DNA of 52,513 bases from a virus (IMGVR_UViG_3300025345_000016:1-52513); one strand, 5' to 3'. Positions 9,326-19,492 are shown, numbered from the stretch's first letter. A program made the numbers and translations. The notes: a model not told the origin generated them from the letters alone.

Positions 9326-11472
9326 TAGTGTGCCGTAATCATGTTATAAATTATTGTTGTTAACCATGGTCTTAATAATTCCACTTTATTTACAATAATA
9401 ACTCCCGCCTCTAATGAAACGGGAATATCGGGCGGTATATCAGATGGATCTCTAACAACGATTATTCTTAATATTTTAGAAGAGGGACCTAAAACGGGAC
9501 CAAATGATGTATTACTTTTTAAAATGTTTAAATTTAATTCAAGTTCGGTTCTTAAACGATTAATAATTTGAGAAGATAATGCATATTTTCTTGTGTATCT
9601 TAATGCAATTTTCTTTTGTCTCCAATTGAAATAATCAAGTGCCTTAATGGTATTTTGATATTTTCTATCAATTTGTGGTCCCTTATAAGATGTTCTTTGA
9701 TGCCAAGATTGAAATATTCCATCATATATTAAACATACATCAATTCCGCCATTAATTAATGCATCAAATAATACCGGACCAAATACTTCAATGGAATAAT
9801 CGGGTCTTTCTACAATATCTCTTAAATTAATAGGTTCCGCAGATGTTGGTTTAGAAATAACTGGTTCTCCAACACTTTGTCCCATTCTTGCACAAGATAA
9901 ATAAAACCCAGGTAATCTTTCCTTATCATATGTTATTAACCATGGATTGACAATATTAACCCTTTCATTATTGACATAATTTATCCAATAATTTTTAACA
10001 TTTTCCAATGATTGTGGGGTTATGGAATAGGCAATACTATTGGTTGAATATGAAGTTTGTATATTTGCACTATCAGTTAAAGTTATTGTTTTTAAATTAT
10101 CATAAGTTAATTGTTTTCCAATGACATATTTAATTTTTGATAGTGGAAATGTTATAATATTATTTACATCATCATTATTAACATCGTTTCTATCTAATAC
10201 AATAATAAAACTTTTACTATCATCAGTAAATACAATATAATCATAACCTGGATTATAAGATGGATCTGTGCCAGTATATTCTATTTTAACTACATCAGTA
10301 ATAGTTATATTTGATACTCCTATTGTTTGTAATCCGGTGTTTTCAGTAACTAAATATGAATATTCACTTCCCATATTATTATTTCCCACTTTCCAATCAT
10401 AATCATATAATGGTAAATCGGGTGCAATAAAACATCTTATAGGATTGGAATATAAAGGATCATTTTGTTGTATAATAAAATCAATTAAACCATTCAAAAC
10501 ATCATCATTCATGGTTAATACGGTAATCTCATAAGGTATTTCATTTTCAAATGTTAATTCAGTTATTTTGTTTAATGCATTAAAATAAGATTCTTCGTCT
10601 TGTGAAACTAATGGAATAACATAAAATGCCTTTTTTTGTGCCATGTTCTTTAAAAGTATATTACATCCGACAAATAATAAATTATCTAAATCATCAATAA
10701 CATCACCACCAAAATTGGTTTTTACTTTTATTGTATTATCAATTTTAATAACGAGAGGTTTTCCTTCATTATCTTTAAATGATTTAAATACACGATAAAT
10801 TCCATTTAAAGTTATATTTTCTATTGTAAATTGAGAACCATCAACATCAACGGGAAATAATTTATAAGTTTCATAAATATCAAGATTAGAAATGTTACTA
10901 CAATCACCAGATAAAATTTGACACTTAATTTTATTGGGAGGAATAATATCAATAATTTCTAATTCAATAGATGATGTTTTTAATATTAAATTTTTTTCTA
11001 ATATAACACCATATGAGGTAAGAGAGGAATTAGAAATAAATTCTACATTTGAACCAGAACAATTTATTTTTTTCAAGAAGATATTACCCAAAAATAAATT
11101 AAAATTGCCGCCAGAAATATTAAGTAATTTAAAACGATTATTATCCTCCTCCACAATATAATCAATATTTGGTCTTAATGTTATTTTTACGCCTTTATAA
11201 TATGTATATAATTCATATCTTGGTTTAACATATGTTCTTTTACTTTTAGGAGAAATATAAAAGTTATAGTTAACGGGAAATTCATTGGGATTAAAAATAA
11301 AATTTAAGTAAAAATTGGTTCCACTAGTATAAGTATTTTCTTCACTAAATTCTCTATCAACCAAAGGTAAAACGGGACCAATAATACATGCGGTAAATTC
11401 TACGGAAGGTAATTCTTGTATTTCATCTAGGAAAATATTATAAATTCTTACTGGTGAAAAAGGAATATTCAT
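9325..11472 (-). CDS. Contractile tail sheath protein
   Basis: 715 aa; N-terminal ACIIGP and C-terminal PGFYLSCARMG, GGIDVC, HQRT, IKALDYF, ELLRP pattern typical of sheath proteins. Confidence 0.7.
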   Translation of the reverse strand: MNIPFSPVRIYNIFLDEIQELPSVEFTACIIGPVLPLVDREFSEENTYTSGTNFYLNFIFNPNEFPVNYNFYISPKSKRTYVKPRYELYTYYKGVKITLRPNIDYIVEEDNNRFKLLNISGGNFNLFLGNIFLKKINCSGSNVEFISNSSLTSYGVILEKNLILKTSSIELEIIDIIPPNKIKCQILSGDCSNISNLDIYETYKLFPVDVDGSQFTIENITLNGIYRVFKSFKDNEGKPLVIKIDNTIKVKTNFGGDVIDDLDNLLFVGCNILLKNMAQKKAFYVIPLVSQDEESYFNALNKITELTFENEIPYEITVLTMNDDVLNGLIDFIIQQNDPLYSNPIRCFIAPDLPLYDYDWKVGNNNMGSEYSYLVTENTGLQTIGVSNITITDVVKIEYTGTDPSYNPGYDYIVFTDDSKSFIIVLDRNDVNNDDVNNIITFPLSKIKYVIGKQLTYDNLKTITLTDSANIQTSYSTNSIAYSITPQSLENVKNYWINYVNNERVNIVNPWLITYDKERLPGFYLSCARMGQSVGEPVISKPTSAEPINLRDIVERPDYSIEVFGPVLFDALINGGIDVCLIYDGIFQSWHQRTSYKGPQIDRKYQNTIKALDYFNWRQKKIALRYTRKYALSSQIINRLRTELELNLNILKSNTSFGPVLGPSSKILRIIVVRDPSDIPPDIPVSLEAGVIIVNKVELLRPWLTTIIYNMITAH

Positions 11473-11502
11473 ACATTATAAAATGTCGCCATTAAGACAT
11501 TT

Positions 11503-11826
11503 TTATTTTTTTCTTTGTTTTTCAACTATTTTACTTCTTTTTAATTTTCCTTTTCTTTTGGCAAGTTCTTTTAATTTTCTTGCCTTTGGTTCATCTTTGG
11601 GATGCCAAATGGATGTAACAACGGTTCTTCCTCCTCTTTTTCCTTTTCTACTTACTACTGCAATGGTTAAAAGATGGCGATACCCATCTTTATCATATAC
11701 TTCTTTTCTGCGATATTTAGTTGCATCAGGAGGATCTTTTCTAATTTTTTGAATAATATAATTTGGTGTTTCTTCTACATATAAAAAATCATCAGGATGT
11801 ATTTTATTATTTTTCTTTTTTGTCAT
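11503..11826 (-). CDS. Small basic protein (107 aa)
   Basis: Lys/Arg-rich ORF starting 9 nt after the tmRNA 3' end. Confidence 0.75.
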   Translation of the reverse strand: MTKKKNNKIHPDDFLYVEETPNYIIQKIRKDPPDATKYRRKEVYDKDGYRHLLTIAVVSRKGKRGGRTVVTSIWHPKDEPKARKLKELAKRKGKLKRSKIVEKQRKK

Positions 11827-11834
11827 TTTTTAAA

Positions 11835-11996
11835 TGGAGGTGGCGGGAGTTGAACCCGCGTCCTCTGGAATCCGTTTTTAGAAAAAATCAAAAAAAATAA
11901 AAAAAGAAAAATCTATAGATCTACTCGTCCGTTATGCGTATACCGTTGCACTTCTCAAAATCAAAGATTCCAGAGTCGAAACCCACTTTCACCCCC
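11835..11996 (-). ncRNA. ssrA: Miniature tmRNA (162 nt)
   Basis: 5' GGGGGTGAAAGTGGGTTTCGAC and 3' GGACGCGGGTTCAACTCCCGCCACCTCCA; acceptor stem GGGGGUG/CACCUCC with G3-U70 and discriminator A; T-arm GCGGG-TTCAACT-CCCGC; P2 helix TCTGGAATC/GATTCCAGA; CCA not encoded. Confidence 0.9.
11921..11929 (-). other. Predicted tmRNA tag reading frame GAC GAG TAG = (A)DE-stop
   Basis: Preceded by AUAACG, which puts U at -5 and A at -4 as in the canonical tmRNA resume context. Confidence 0.6.
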
Positions 11997-12005
11997 ATAA
12001 AAATG

Positions 12006-13748
12006 TCACACGAAGAAAGAAAATATTTTGTATTTATCTAATATATTTAAATTTAATAATTTCGGTGTTGGTCTTAATGGATCAATAACTCCAACATAAT
12101 AAGAATAATCACTCGGAATATTTCTTATTACTTCATTGAAATTATAAGGTGTTTCGTCGGGAATTAAATTGGTAATAACATCGGAATTGTAATTTGTAAC
12201 AAAAATAACAAAATTTTTAGGAAGGCAATATATTTCATGAAATGGATAATCATTGTCTACTCTAAAAGACAACTCTTTATCTAATGCATTTTTATCATAA
12301 ATAATATAAATTTCATCAAATCTTTCAAGTGTTTCTCTGAAAATTAAAATTCTATTTCCAATATTATTAAAATCAATTCTAAATGGAACTGGATATATTT
12401 TATTTTCAATTAAACCGAAAGAACCAATTATTTTTCCCCCAATATCACTAGAAGTTAATACAATATCCATAGATAATAAATTGTTATTTAATTTTTGTAT
12501 GTTAATATTTGGTTCGGTTCTAATTAAAATCATATTTGTATTTCTTACAACATTATTATAACGCATTATTTCATTTATATAAAACTTGATATTAATACCA
12601 CTTTCAATATCTTCTCTTTTTATACCACCAAAATTAAAAACAAAAATTTTTTTATTCGAAGGATTATAATCATTAATATATTTTAAATCAAGATTGGGAT
12701 TATTGATAAGAAGTATGAAATCTTGTAAAATTTCAGAACTTAAAACATCATCACTTGAATTTACTTTAATATTGAGTAATTGTGGCGTAAAAATAGAATG
12801 ATTTTTTAATAAGTAGGTATTAAGTTTAAAAAGATTGTGGCCATCAAAGGAAATTAAGTTTCCTTCTTCATCACTTACGGCAAACATTAAATCCACATCT
12901 AATGGATAATAGTATACATTTTTCCAATCATCTTCATTATAAATTATAATTCTATCCGGTTTCTTTTCTTCTTGTATTGTTTTGAATTCTCCTGAAGTAA
13001 TTTGATAATAATTTGAATTTAAATTTGGATTAGTATTAAAACCTAAAAATTTGTTTGGCATATATTCAAAATTCTCGTCATAAATCAAATACAATAATAG
13101 ATTATTTAAATATTGTTCTCTTTCTAGGGAATATTCTAATGCAAAATTGATACCATCTCTTTGTGTGTTATTATAATATCCAACAAATCTTATTCCTCCT
13201 ATAACATGCAATGAGGTAATGAAAGATGGAAGTTCGGGAATAATCCTTTGATAAAATGAACCAATATTCGGATCAATGACACCATGCCAATAAGTATAAA
13301 GTAAAAATACAGAAGAATATTTATCATAAGTAATGTATTTAAATATTTTAAAACACGGATCACCACTAAATATTAAACCATTATAAACAAATGTTTGATT
13401 TCCTATATAAATACAATTATAATTACTTGGTTCAGATGGGGATGCAGGACAATCCGTTATAACAACTTTCAAGGGTGTCCCTATTACAAGATTATCTAAA
13501 AAACTATGATATTGAATTTTAACAAAAGTTAAACCGAATTTGATTTCATAACTAACAATATTTAAATTTAAATTAACACTATTTTCTTGATAATTTGTCC
13601 ATTTAACATTTTCAACCAATATTGTGGGTCCATAATTGTTGTTTTGAGATACAAATGTTGATATAAATGGATAAGATAAATTAGATTCATGTTTTAAAGT
13701 GGATTTTACAATTGCATGGAAAGAAGGAATGATATTTTTAATTAACAT
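12006..13748 (-). CDS. Putative virion or tail-associated protein, 580 aa
   Basis: Long beta-rich ORF directly downstream of the tail-fibre-like gene. Confidence 0.6.
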   Translation of the reverse strand: MLIKNIIPSFHAIVKSTLKHESNLSYPFISTFVSQNNNYGPTILVENVKWTNYQENSVNLNLNIVSYEIKFGLTFVKIQYHSFLDNLVIGTPLKVVITDCPASPSEPSNYNCIYIGNQTFVYNGLIFSGDPCFKIFKYITYDKYSSVFLLYTYWHGVIDPNIGSFYQRIIPELPSFITSLHVIGGIRFVGYYNNTQRDGINFALEYSLEREQYLNNLLLYLIYDENFEYMPNKFLGFNTNPNLNSNYYQITSGEFKTIQEEKKPDRIIIYNEDDWKNVYYYPLDVDLMFAVSDEEGNLISFDGHNLFKLNTYLLKNHSIFTPQLLNIKVNSSDDVLSSEILQDFILLINNPNLDLKYINDYNPSNKKIFVFNFGGIKREDIESGINIKFYINEIMRYNNVVRNTNMILIRTEPNINIQKLNNNLLSMDIVLTSSDIGGKIIGSFGLIENKIYPVPFRIDFNNIGNRILIFRETLERFDEIYIIYDKNALDKELSFRVDNDYPFHEIYCLPKNFVIFVTNYNSDVITNLIPDETPYNFNEVIRNIPSDYSYYVGVIDPLRPTPKLLNLNILDKYKIFSFFV

Positions 13749-13749
13749 G

Positions 13750-15180
13750 TTACAAATATAGATAAACCAATTTCATTAAGAAATAAGATGGTGAACTTGT
13801 GGGATTTTCGATAATAAAGAAAGAGTCGATATTATTAAGTATAGTATTAAAAACTTTTTTACTTAAAACATACCATATTTCTCCATCACTAATAGCATCA
13901 TCTATATCTCCCGTATCTGTTCTGATATTTATCCTATTTTCAACGGTTATATTCAATAATATTGCCCCAACATGGGTATTTTCTATAATACTTCTATCAA
14001 TAGTAAAATATTGTGTTTGTCCCGGTCTTAGTATATACTTTTTTCTTATCGTATCATATTCATAACAACATTCGGGAATATTTTTTATTTGTTCTTTTAA
14101 TATTAATTCAAAATATTGTCCATTAGAAAATTCTTTATTAAAAGGCAAATCGTATAAAACATTAAAATATTTTGGAATGGTGTTATAATGAATTTTATAT
14201 TTTAATAATACAGTTTTTGGGTCTCCCTCAATAGAAATATAGTTATAAATAAATTCTATATTATCAATTAAAGTAAAATTACGCGTAGTATCATAAGTTA
14301 ATAAGGAAGAATAATCATATAAATCATTGGTTCTTAATGCAACTGTGGGAGATAAAATTTTAGTATGATATATACCTCTTCTACTTACAAAATTAAATGG
14401 TATAGAAACAATAACACCACTTACATTTTCAGAAAGAAAAACATTCTTAATACGATAATTGCCATTAAATTCATAATATAATCCATCAAGATACAAATTG
14501 TTTATTGCATTAAAATCCATAGAAGAAAAATTTACTTGAAAATATTCTAAACCTCCATAATAAATATAAAAATGTTCAATATAATTGCATTTTAAAGATA
14601 AATTAAGTGCATAATCAGGACTGGTAATATATAAAAAATTAATATTACCAACATCAATATTTAAAGATTTTATTACTGTATCTGGTATGTCTTGCCTATA
14701 ATAAATATAAAGATTTTCTAATGTTGATTTAATAATTATGTTATTAAAAGTGTTAATGTTAAATGCAGTTTCGGGACATAGTCCATCTTGAATGGGGAAA
14801 TTTTCATTAGTAAAATAAATTACTTTTTGTTTAGTGTTAACCCAAACACCATTTACGGAAGAATAAACATTAATTTTTAAAGGATCATATGGTGTTCCAC
14901 TGTTTATACCATTTTTTCTTAAATAATAAAAAGTATTGGTTTCTTTTACATATGCAATTTGATTATCATTTAAATCAATGGTATCTTGCAAATATAAACT
15001 TTGAACATTTTCGAAAAATAATATTTGATTTGCACTTATATTTAATTCAACAAATTCTAATCCATCTTCTGTTGATTTAACAGCAACAAATTTATTTCCT
15101 TGTCCTAAATAAGAATTAGGAGTATCATTTAATTCTAAAAAAGTTTCAGGACAATCACAACAAGGTTTAATAATTGACAT
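13750..15180 (-). CDS. Tail fibre / receptor-binding-like protein
   Basis: N-terminal FLELNDTPNSYLGQGNKFVAVKSTEDGLEF resembles the LxDTPxSYxGxxGK...GLEF tail-fibre motif. Confidence 0.65.
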   Translation of the reverse strand: MSIIKPCCDCPETFLELNDTPNSYLGQGNKFVAVKSTEDGLEFVELNISANQILFFENVQSLYLQDTIDLNDNQIAYVKETNTFYYLRKNGINSGTPYDPLKINVYSSVNGVWVNTKQKVIYFTNENFPIQDGLCPETAFNINTFNNIIIKSTLENLYIYYRQDIPDTVIKSLNIDVGNINFLYITSPDYALNLSLKCNYIEHFYIYYGGLEYFQVNFSSMDFNAINNLYLDGLYYEFNGNYRIKNVFLSENVSGVIVSIPFNFVSRRGIYHTKILSPTVALRTNDLYDYSSLLTYDTTRNFTLIDNIEFIYNYISIEGDPKTVLLKYKIHYNTIPKYFNVLYDLPFNKEFSNGQYFELILKEQIKNIPECCYEYDTIRKKYILRPGQTQYFTIDRSIIENTHVGAILLNITVENRINIRTDTGDIDDAISDGEIWYVLSKKVFNTILNNIDSFFIIENPTSSPSYFLMKLVYLYL

Positions 15181-15199
15181 TACAAATTAAAATGTCAAT
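15173..15199. promoter_or_regulatory. Bidirectional GACATT element shared by the terminase and tail-fibre genes
   Basis: Inverted repeat ATTGACATT-N9-AATGTCAAT; each GACATT lies 10 nt before the ATG on its own strand. Confidence 0.65.
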
Positions 15200-16790
15200 A
15201 GATTTAACCAAATATGTCAATAAAATTATTCCTCCAGATGTATATGTTTTAAGAGAACCATTAAAACCATTGTTTAAAATAGAAAAGGGAGATACAAAAG
15301 TATTTATTGCATCAAGATCAGTTGGAAAATCTTATACGATGGGAACTATTGCACTATTACTTGCGAGATTGCAAAGTAATTTAAAAATAGGATATTTTTT
15401 GCCAACCGATCAACAAATTAAAATAACGGTCGAGGAAACATTCAATCGTATTATTAATAACTCTCCTCAATTACTTTTAATGTATTCAAATATTTCTTTA
15501 GGAAAACAAAGAGTCTATATGAAAAAATTTAAAAATAATTCAGTTATATATTTTAGGCATCAGATAGTTAAAACGGAGGATGAGAAGGGAATAAAAATAA
15601 GAGGTGCGCATCCAGATGTTATTATATTTGATGAGTGTCAAGATTTACATTATGATTTTGTTGATAAAATTCGTCCTACTATTATATCATCAAAATATGG
15701 AATAGAATTTTATGCTGGAACATTCAAAACCGAATATCATTTATCATATGATATGTGGTATGAAGGAACAAGACATGAATATATGGTTATATGTCCCAAT
15801 TGTAAAACAGAAAACTTTGCGACAAGAGAAAATATAGATTATGACAATATTTCATATGGCCCTTTTTGTATTAAGTGTAAAACCCAATTAACAAGAAAAA
15901 TTATCAAAGAAAATGGAAAATTAGTGCAAACTAATCCTAATGGAAAATATTTATCGTTAAGATTATCTTCTTTGTTTGCATACTGGATACCATGGAAAGT
16001 TATTGAAAAACAAAGATTAAATACTTATGAGGCATTCGTAAACGAAATTGTTGGAGAACCCATACAATTACAAGATAAAATTATTACGGAAAATGATATA
16101 AGAAAAAATTGCGAAAATTATGATTTTATTAATGTTTATGACCCAACACAACAATATATTTTATTTGGGGGAATAGATTGGGCAGGTGACATGACATATA
16201 CCGTTTTAACGATACTTGGTTATAAAGATGAAAAATTTTATGTTTTATTTGTTAAAAAATATACAGGAACAGAAGGAATAAAAAATACCGTTCATTTAAA
16301 TGTAGAAAAAGATTTAATGCGATTTAGACCGGTTAGGATATTTGGCGATTGGGGAATGGGATTAGGAAGAAATTCATATTTAGAAAGCAAGGGATTTCCT
16401 ATCTTTGAATTTGAATTTACAGGAGGAGATAATCCTCCTAAATATTCTGAATCAAGAGGTCGTTTTATCGGTTCTAAATATCGTTTAATGGAAATGTTTA
16501 TTAAAGACTTAAAAAGTGGAAAAATAAAATTTCCAAGATATGAAATTATTGCACCATTTATAAGAGAATATACAACATATACAAGAACAGAATATAAATC
16601 AAGAAAGGAACCATATTTAACATACGAAAAGGAAGATCCGGAGGCATTAGATGATTCATTTATGTCTTTAATACTTGCATATGGTGCCGCAATAACTTAC
16701 TTATCTAATACTTATACCGGTTCTTCTATTGAAGTATCTTCTTCGTTAGACAAAATATATGGAATTTATGATTGGGATATTATAGTTTAA
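15192..16790 (+). CDS. Terminase large subunit
   Basis: Walker A ASRSVGKS, Walker B VIIFDECQ, Zn ribbon CPNC..CIKC, nuclease motifs GGIDWAG and DDSFMS; start reassigned to ATG 15192. Confidence 0.9.
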   Translation: MSIDLTKYVNKIIPPDVYVLREPLKPLFKIEKGDTKVFIASRSVGKSYTMGTIALLLARLQSNLKIGYFLPTDQQIKITVEETFNRIINNSPQLLLMYSNISLGKQRVYMKKFKNNSVIYFRHQIVKTEDEKGIKIRGAHPDVIIFDECQDLHYDFVDKIRPTIISSKYGIEFYAGTFKTEYHLSYDMWYEGTRHEYMVICPNCKTENFATRENIDYDNISYGPFCIKCKTQLTRKIIKENGKLVQTNPNGKYLSLRLSSLFAYWIPWKVIEKQRLNTYEAFVNEIVGEPIQLQDKIITENDIRKNCENYDFINVYDPTQQYILFGGIDWAGDMTYTVLTILGYKDEKFYVLFVKKYTGTEGIKNTVHLNVEKDLMRFRPVRIFGDWGMGLGRNSYLESKGFPIFEFEFTGGDNPPKYSESRGRFIGSKYRLMEMFIKDLKSGKIKFPRYEIIAPFIREYTTYTRTEYKSRKEPYLTYEKEDPEALDDSFMSLILAYGAAITYLSNTYTGSSIEVSSSLDKIYGIYDWDIIV

Positions 16791-17097
16791 TTGTGATTTT
16801 CTTTGGAAATGATTCAACAATCTTTTTAATTCTTTCTTGTTTAATTGGATCTTCTTTTATAAATTCGGTATAAATATTAGACAATATTTCAACTATCATT
16901 TTGGCGGAAGGATTATCTAAATTTATTTCACTAGAAAGTTGCAATAAATTGGTTATCCCATTTGACAAAAACAACATTAATATTTTTTGTATTACGATTG
17001 CATAAAGATATTCTTCAAATATATCGGTTTTTTCCGGATCTTTAAATAAATAAAGTATTATCCTTGATAAATATTTGGGGTTTGCATGTAAAAATTT
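16780..17097 (-). CDS. -1 frameshift extension of the 17058..17630 protein (GT-like product)
   Basis: The -1 frame is open from just upstream of A AAT TTT (17091-17097) through the 65-aa ORF to 16780. Confidence 0.6.
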   Translation of the reverse strand, partial: KFLHANPKYLSRIILYLFKDPEKTDIFEEYLYAIVIQKILMLFLSNGITNLLQLSSEINLDNPSAKMIVEILSNIYTEFIKEDPIKQERIKKIVESFPKKITIKL

Positions 17098-17630
17098 ACG
17101 AGTTCCTTATAAAACACTCTTGTTGCATTTAATAAATCGGCAAATTCATTAATAATTATCGTCATTTCTTGATATATTTCAATTGGCAAATTTTTAAAGA
17201 AATTTTCATATTCATTAATTTTTTCTTCAAGGGTTGTATCTGGTTTTATTATAGGAGGTAAAATAATATTTTGAATATTATTTTTAAACTCATCCATTAT
17301 ATTTATACTCTCAATATATAATACTGGATAAACCAAAAATAATTTCTTAAAATCTTCTTCTTTTTGTGCATCAAGTTTTGATAAAATATAATTGACTTTT
17401 AGTATTTCATCTGTGGAACAAGATTTTAATGTGAGTAAATAGGGAGGAATTTTATATTCTCTCGTATATCTTTTTTTAATAACGATGTTATATGCAATTT
17501 CAGTTAGTAATTCTTTGGTATTAATTGAAAGTAAATCGAATTTTTTTTGATTGATTGCGTTTCTTATTTCTTTTTGTAAATCGGTAAGATCTTGTATATC
17601 AAAAAAATTGAAATTGGTTGTTTGATTCAT
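17058..17630 (-). CDS. Putative tail assembly chaperone (G-like)
   Basis: 190 aa, acidic, with a slippery heptamer at ...ELVNF near the C-terminus. Confidence 0.55.
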   Translation of the reverse strand: MNQTTNFNFFDIQDLTDLQKEIRNAINQKKFDLLSINTKELLTEIAYNIVIKKRYTREYKIPPYLLTLKSCSTDEILKVNYILSKLDAQKEEDFKKLFLVYPVLYIESINIMDEFKNNIQNIILPPIIKPDTTLEEKINEYENFFKNLPIEIYQEMTIIINEFADLLNATRVFYKELVNFYMQTPNIYQG

Positions 17631-17648
17631 TCTAAAATTTTAATGTAT

Positions 17649-17675
17649 AAAAAAATAAAGGGGGCGACCGCCCCC
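17649..17675 (-). terminator. Rho-independent terminator after the major capsid gene
   Basis: GGGGGC-GGTC-GCCCCC followed by TTTATTTTTTT on the minus strand. Confidence 0.85.
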
Positions 17676-17710
17676 AGAAATGAAAAATAGAATAATGAAA
17701 TAATTATAAA

Positions 17711-18817
17711 TTATCTGGCAGGAAATGCTATATATGATCTTGAATTTCCAATTGCCAATGCAGTATAATAATATGTATATAATCTAATCATAGGTAATCT
17801 TTCAAATATGTCACTCTTTATGTCCGTAACCGGACCACTTACATAATTAATGCCAAAGAACTCATCACTAGGCAATAAATATCCTAGTGATGCATTATCA
17901 TCAATTTCATCACCTTCTGCGGTATTATAATCATTCTTTTTAACGGCACCTAATACATTAATATTAATTGGTCCTTGAACTTCTCCGGGAATTCCAGTGG
18001 TATAATCAATATATTTAGATGTTGTTTGAACATTAATTCCCGTCAACATTTGTCCTCCAATTACTCTTTCGGCACTTTGAATGAAAATATCAAATGTTAC
18101 AACACCCGCACCTCCAAAATCCCAAGTTGATAATCCATTCCAAAATCTCCAAGGCAATAAGAATAATCCAGGAGAAATTCTTAATTCAGAAATTTTATCT
18201 TTTACGGTTTTAATTAATTCTTTAATACCAACATGGTAATTGGTTCCATCTTCAAAAGATTGGGGAACAGTTGAATCTTCAATTATTACATTACCAGCAA
18301 TTGATTTAACTATTTGGAAATATCTTGCGTTAATAAATTGTGCCTTTTTAGGACCAACGGTATCAGCATCTCTATTTCTTATAATACTTGCAATACCATT
18401 GGCAAAGAAAATTTTATCTTTTTGATCACCAATTCTCTCTTTAATTGCAATTATAACTTCATCAAGGATATTATTTTCAAATAATCTTATTTCTTCTTCT
18501 TTTTTAGTGAAGAAGTATTCAATTTTAAAGAAATATGCGGGTGCAAAACCATTATTAGTTGTGTGTTCAATTGGTGCCTCACCGATTCCTAATGTATATG
18601 CGGGACCAAGATTAGCATTATATCTTACTAATACATATTTTTTCATTGGATTAGTTGGATCAGATGGCATGGTAGAAATATCAACGATTTGAGGAGGAAA
18701 TATTCTATCAACTATACAATCTTCTCTAATAATCGTTTCAATAACTTTATTTACTCTGGAGGAATCCCCACTTACTAACATTTGGGCAAATTTGGTATTT
18801 AAATATGTATTATTCAT
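17711..18817 (-). CDS. Major capsid protein
   Basis: 368 aa; strong SD GGGAGG, own terminator, IIREDCIVDRIFPP N-terminal pattern and C-terminal YTALAIGN typical of HK97-fold MCPs. Confidence 0.7.
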   Translation of the reverse strand: MNNTYLNTKFAQMLVSGDSSRVNKVIETIIREDCIVDRIFPPQIVDISTMPSDPTNPMKKYVLVRYNANLGPAYTLGIGEAPIEHTTNNGFAPAYFFKIEYFFTKKEEEIRLFENNILDEVIIAIKERIGDQKDKIFFANGIASIIRNRDADTVGPKKAQFINARYFQIVKSIAGNVIIEDSTVPQSFEDGTNYHVGIKELIKTVKDKISELRISPGLFLLPWRFWNGLSTWDFGGAGVVTFDIFIQSAERVIGGQMLTGINVQTTSKYIDYTTGIPGEVQGPININVLGAVKKNDYNTAEGDEIDDNASLGYLLPSDEFFGINYVSGPVTDIKSDIFERLPMIRLYTYYYTALAIGNSRSYIAFPAR

Positions 18818-18832
18818 GGTTCTTCCCTCCCG

Positions 18833-19468
18833 TTATACTATTTTATTAGAAACTACAATTATTCCATAAAATGGATTAGAACCAATTATTTCTAATTGTT
18901 TATCAGTATCTGCAATAGTATTAACTAATTTCAATTTTGCGTGTTGAGTTGAGGCATTAGGAGGAATCACTTTACAGTAAATGGAACTATTAGGATCTAT
19001 ACTATTATCAATATCAATTAATCCTTGACCAGTAAATTTTGAAGGAATTGTTAAACCATAAAAATATTCAGAATCGGTATTTAATAAAAGGATGGTATAT
19101 ACATCTTTTTTTTCTGTTAATACAAAATCTTTTGATGGATTTTTATAATAATCGCCATATAAAACTATTCCCTTTAATGTAGAAGTATTAGTATAAGGTT
19201 TTAGAATATATAAGTTATTTTCACCGATTTCAACATCATAAATATTACCCGGTATTAAATTTTCGGTTATTGAATCATCCTTAATTGCATATTTTACAAT
19301 AACATTTTGAAGACCGGCAAATGTATTTCCAGACCAAATACCAAATCTTATATTATCTCCTTTATCATTGGCAATCCAATTACCAAGAGGAACTACAATA
19401 TCTTGTAAAGGAAACTTTTCTAAAACTTTTACGATTTCAGGATCAAAATTTATAGGTGTTCCAACCAT
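18833..19468 (-). CDS. Putative head decoration / structural protein
   Basis: 211 aa, immediately upstream of the MCP and preceded by the CACATT motif. Confidence 0.55.
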   Translation of the reverse strand: MVGTPINFDPEIVKVLEKFPLQDIVVPLGNWIANDKGDNIRFGIWSGNTFAGLQNVIVKYAIKDDSITENLIPGNIYDVEIGENNLYILKPYTNTSTLKGIVLYGDYYKNPSKDFVLTEKKDVYTILLLNTDSEYFYGLTIPSKFTGQGLIDIDNSIDPNSSIYCKVIPPNASTQHAKLKLVNTIADTDKQLEIIGSNPFYGIIVVSNKIV

Positions 19469-19492
19469 ATCATAATTTAATGTGATTTTGGA

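Noticed and set aside
11835-11865. tmRNA 3' end as a mere attP/attachment remnant or a tRNA
   Set aside because: Both ends and a complementary P2 helix are present, there is no anticodon arm, and no integrase is nearby.
15174-15181. GACATT motif as a sigma70 -35 box (TTGACA)
   Set aside because: It lies only about 10 nt from start codons, leaving no room for a spacer and -10, and the TT is not conserved.
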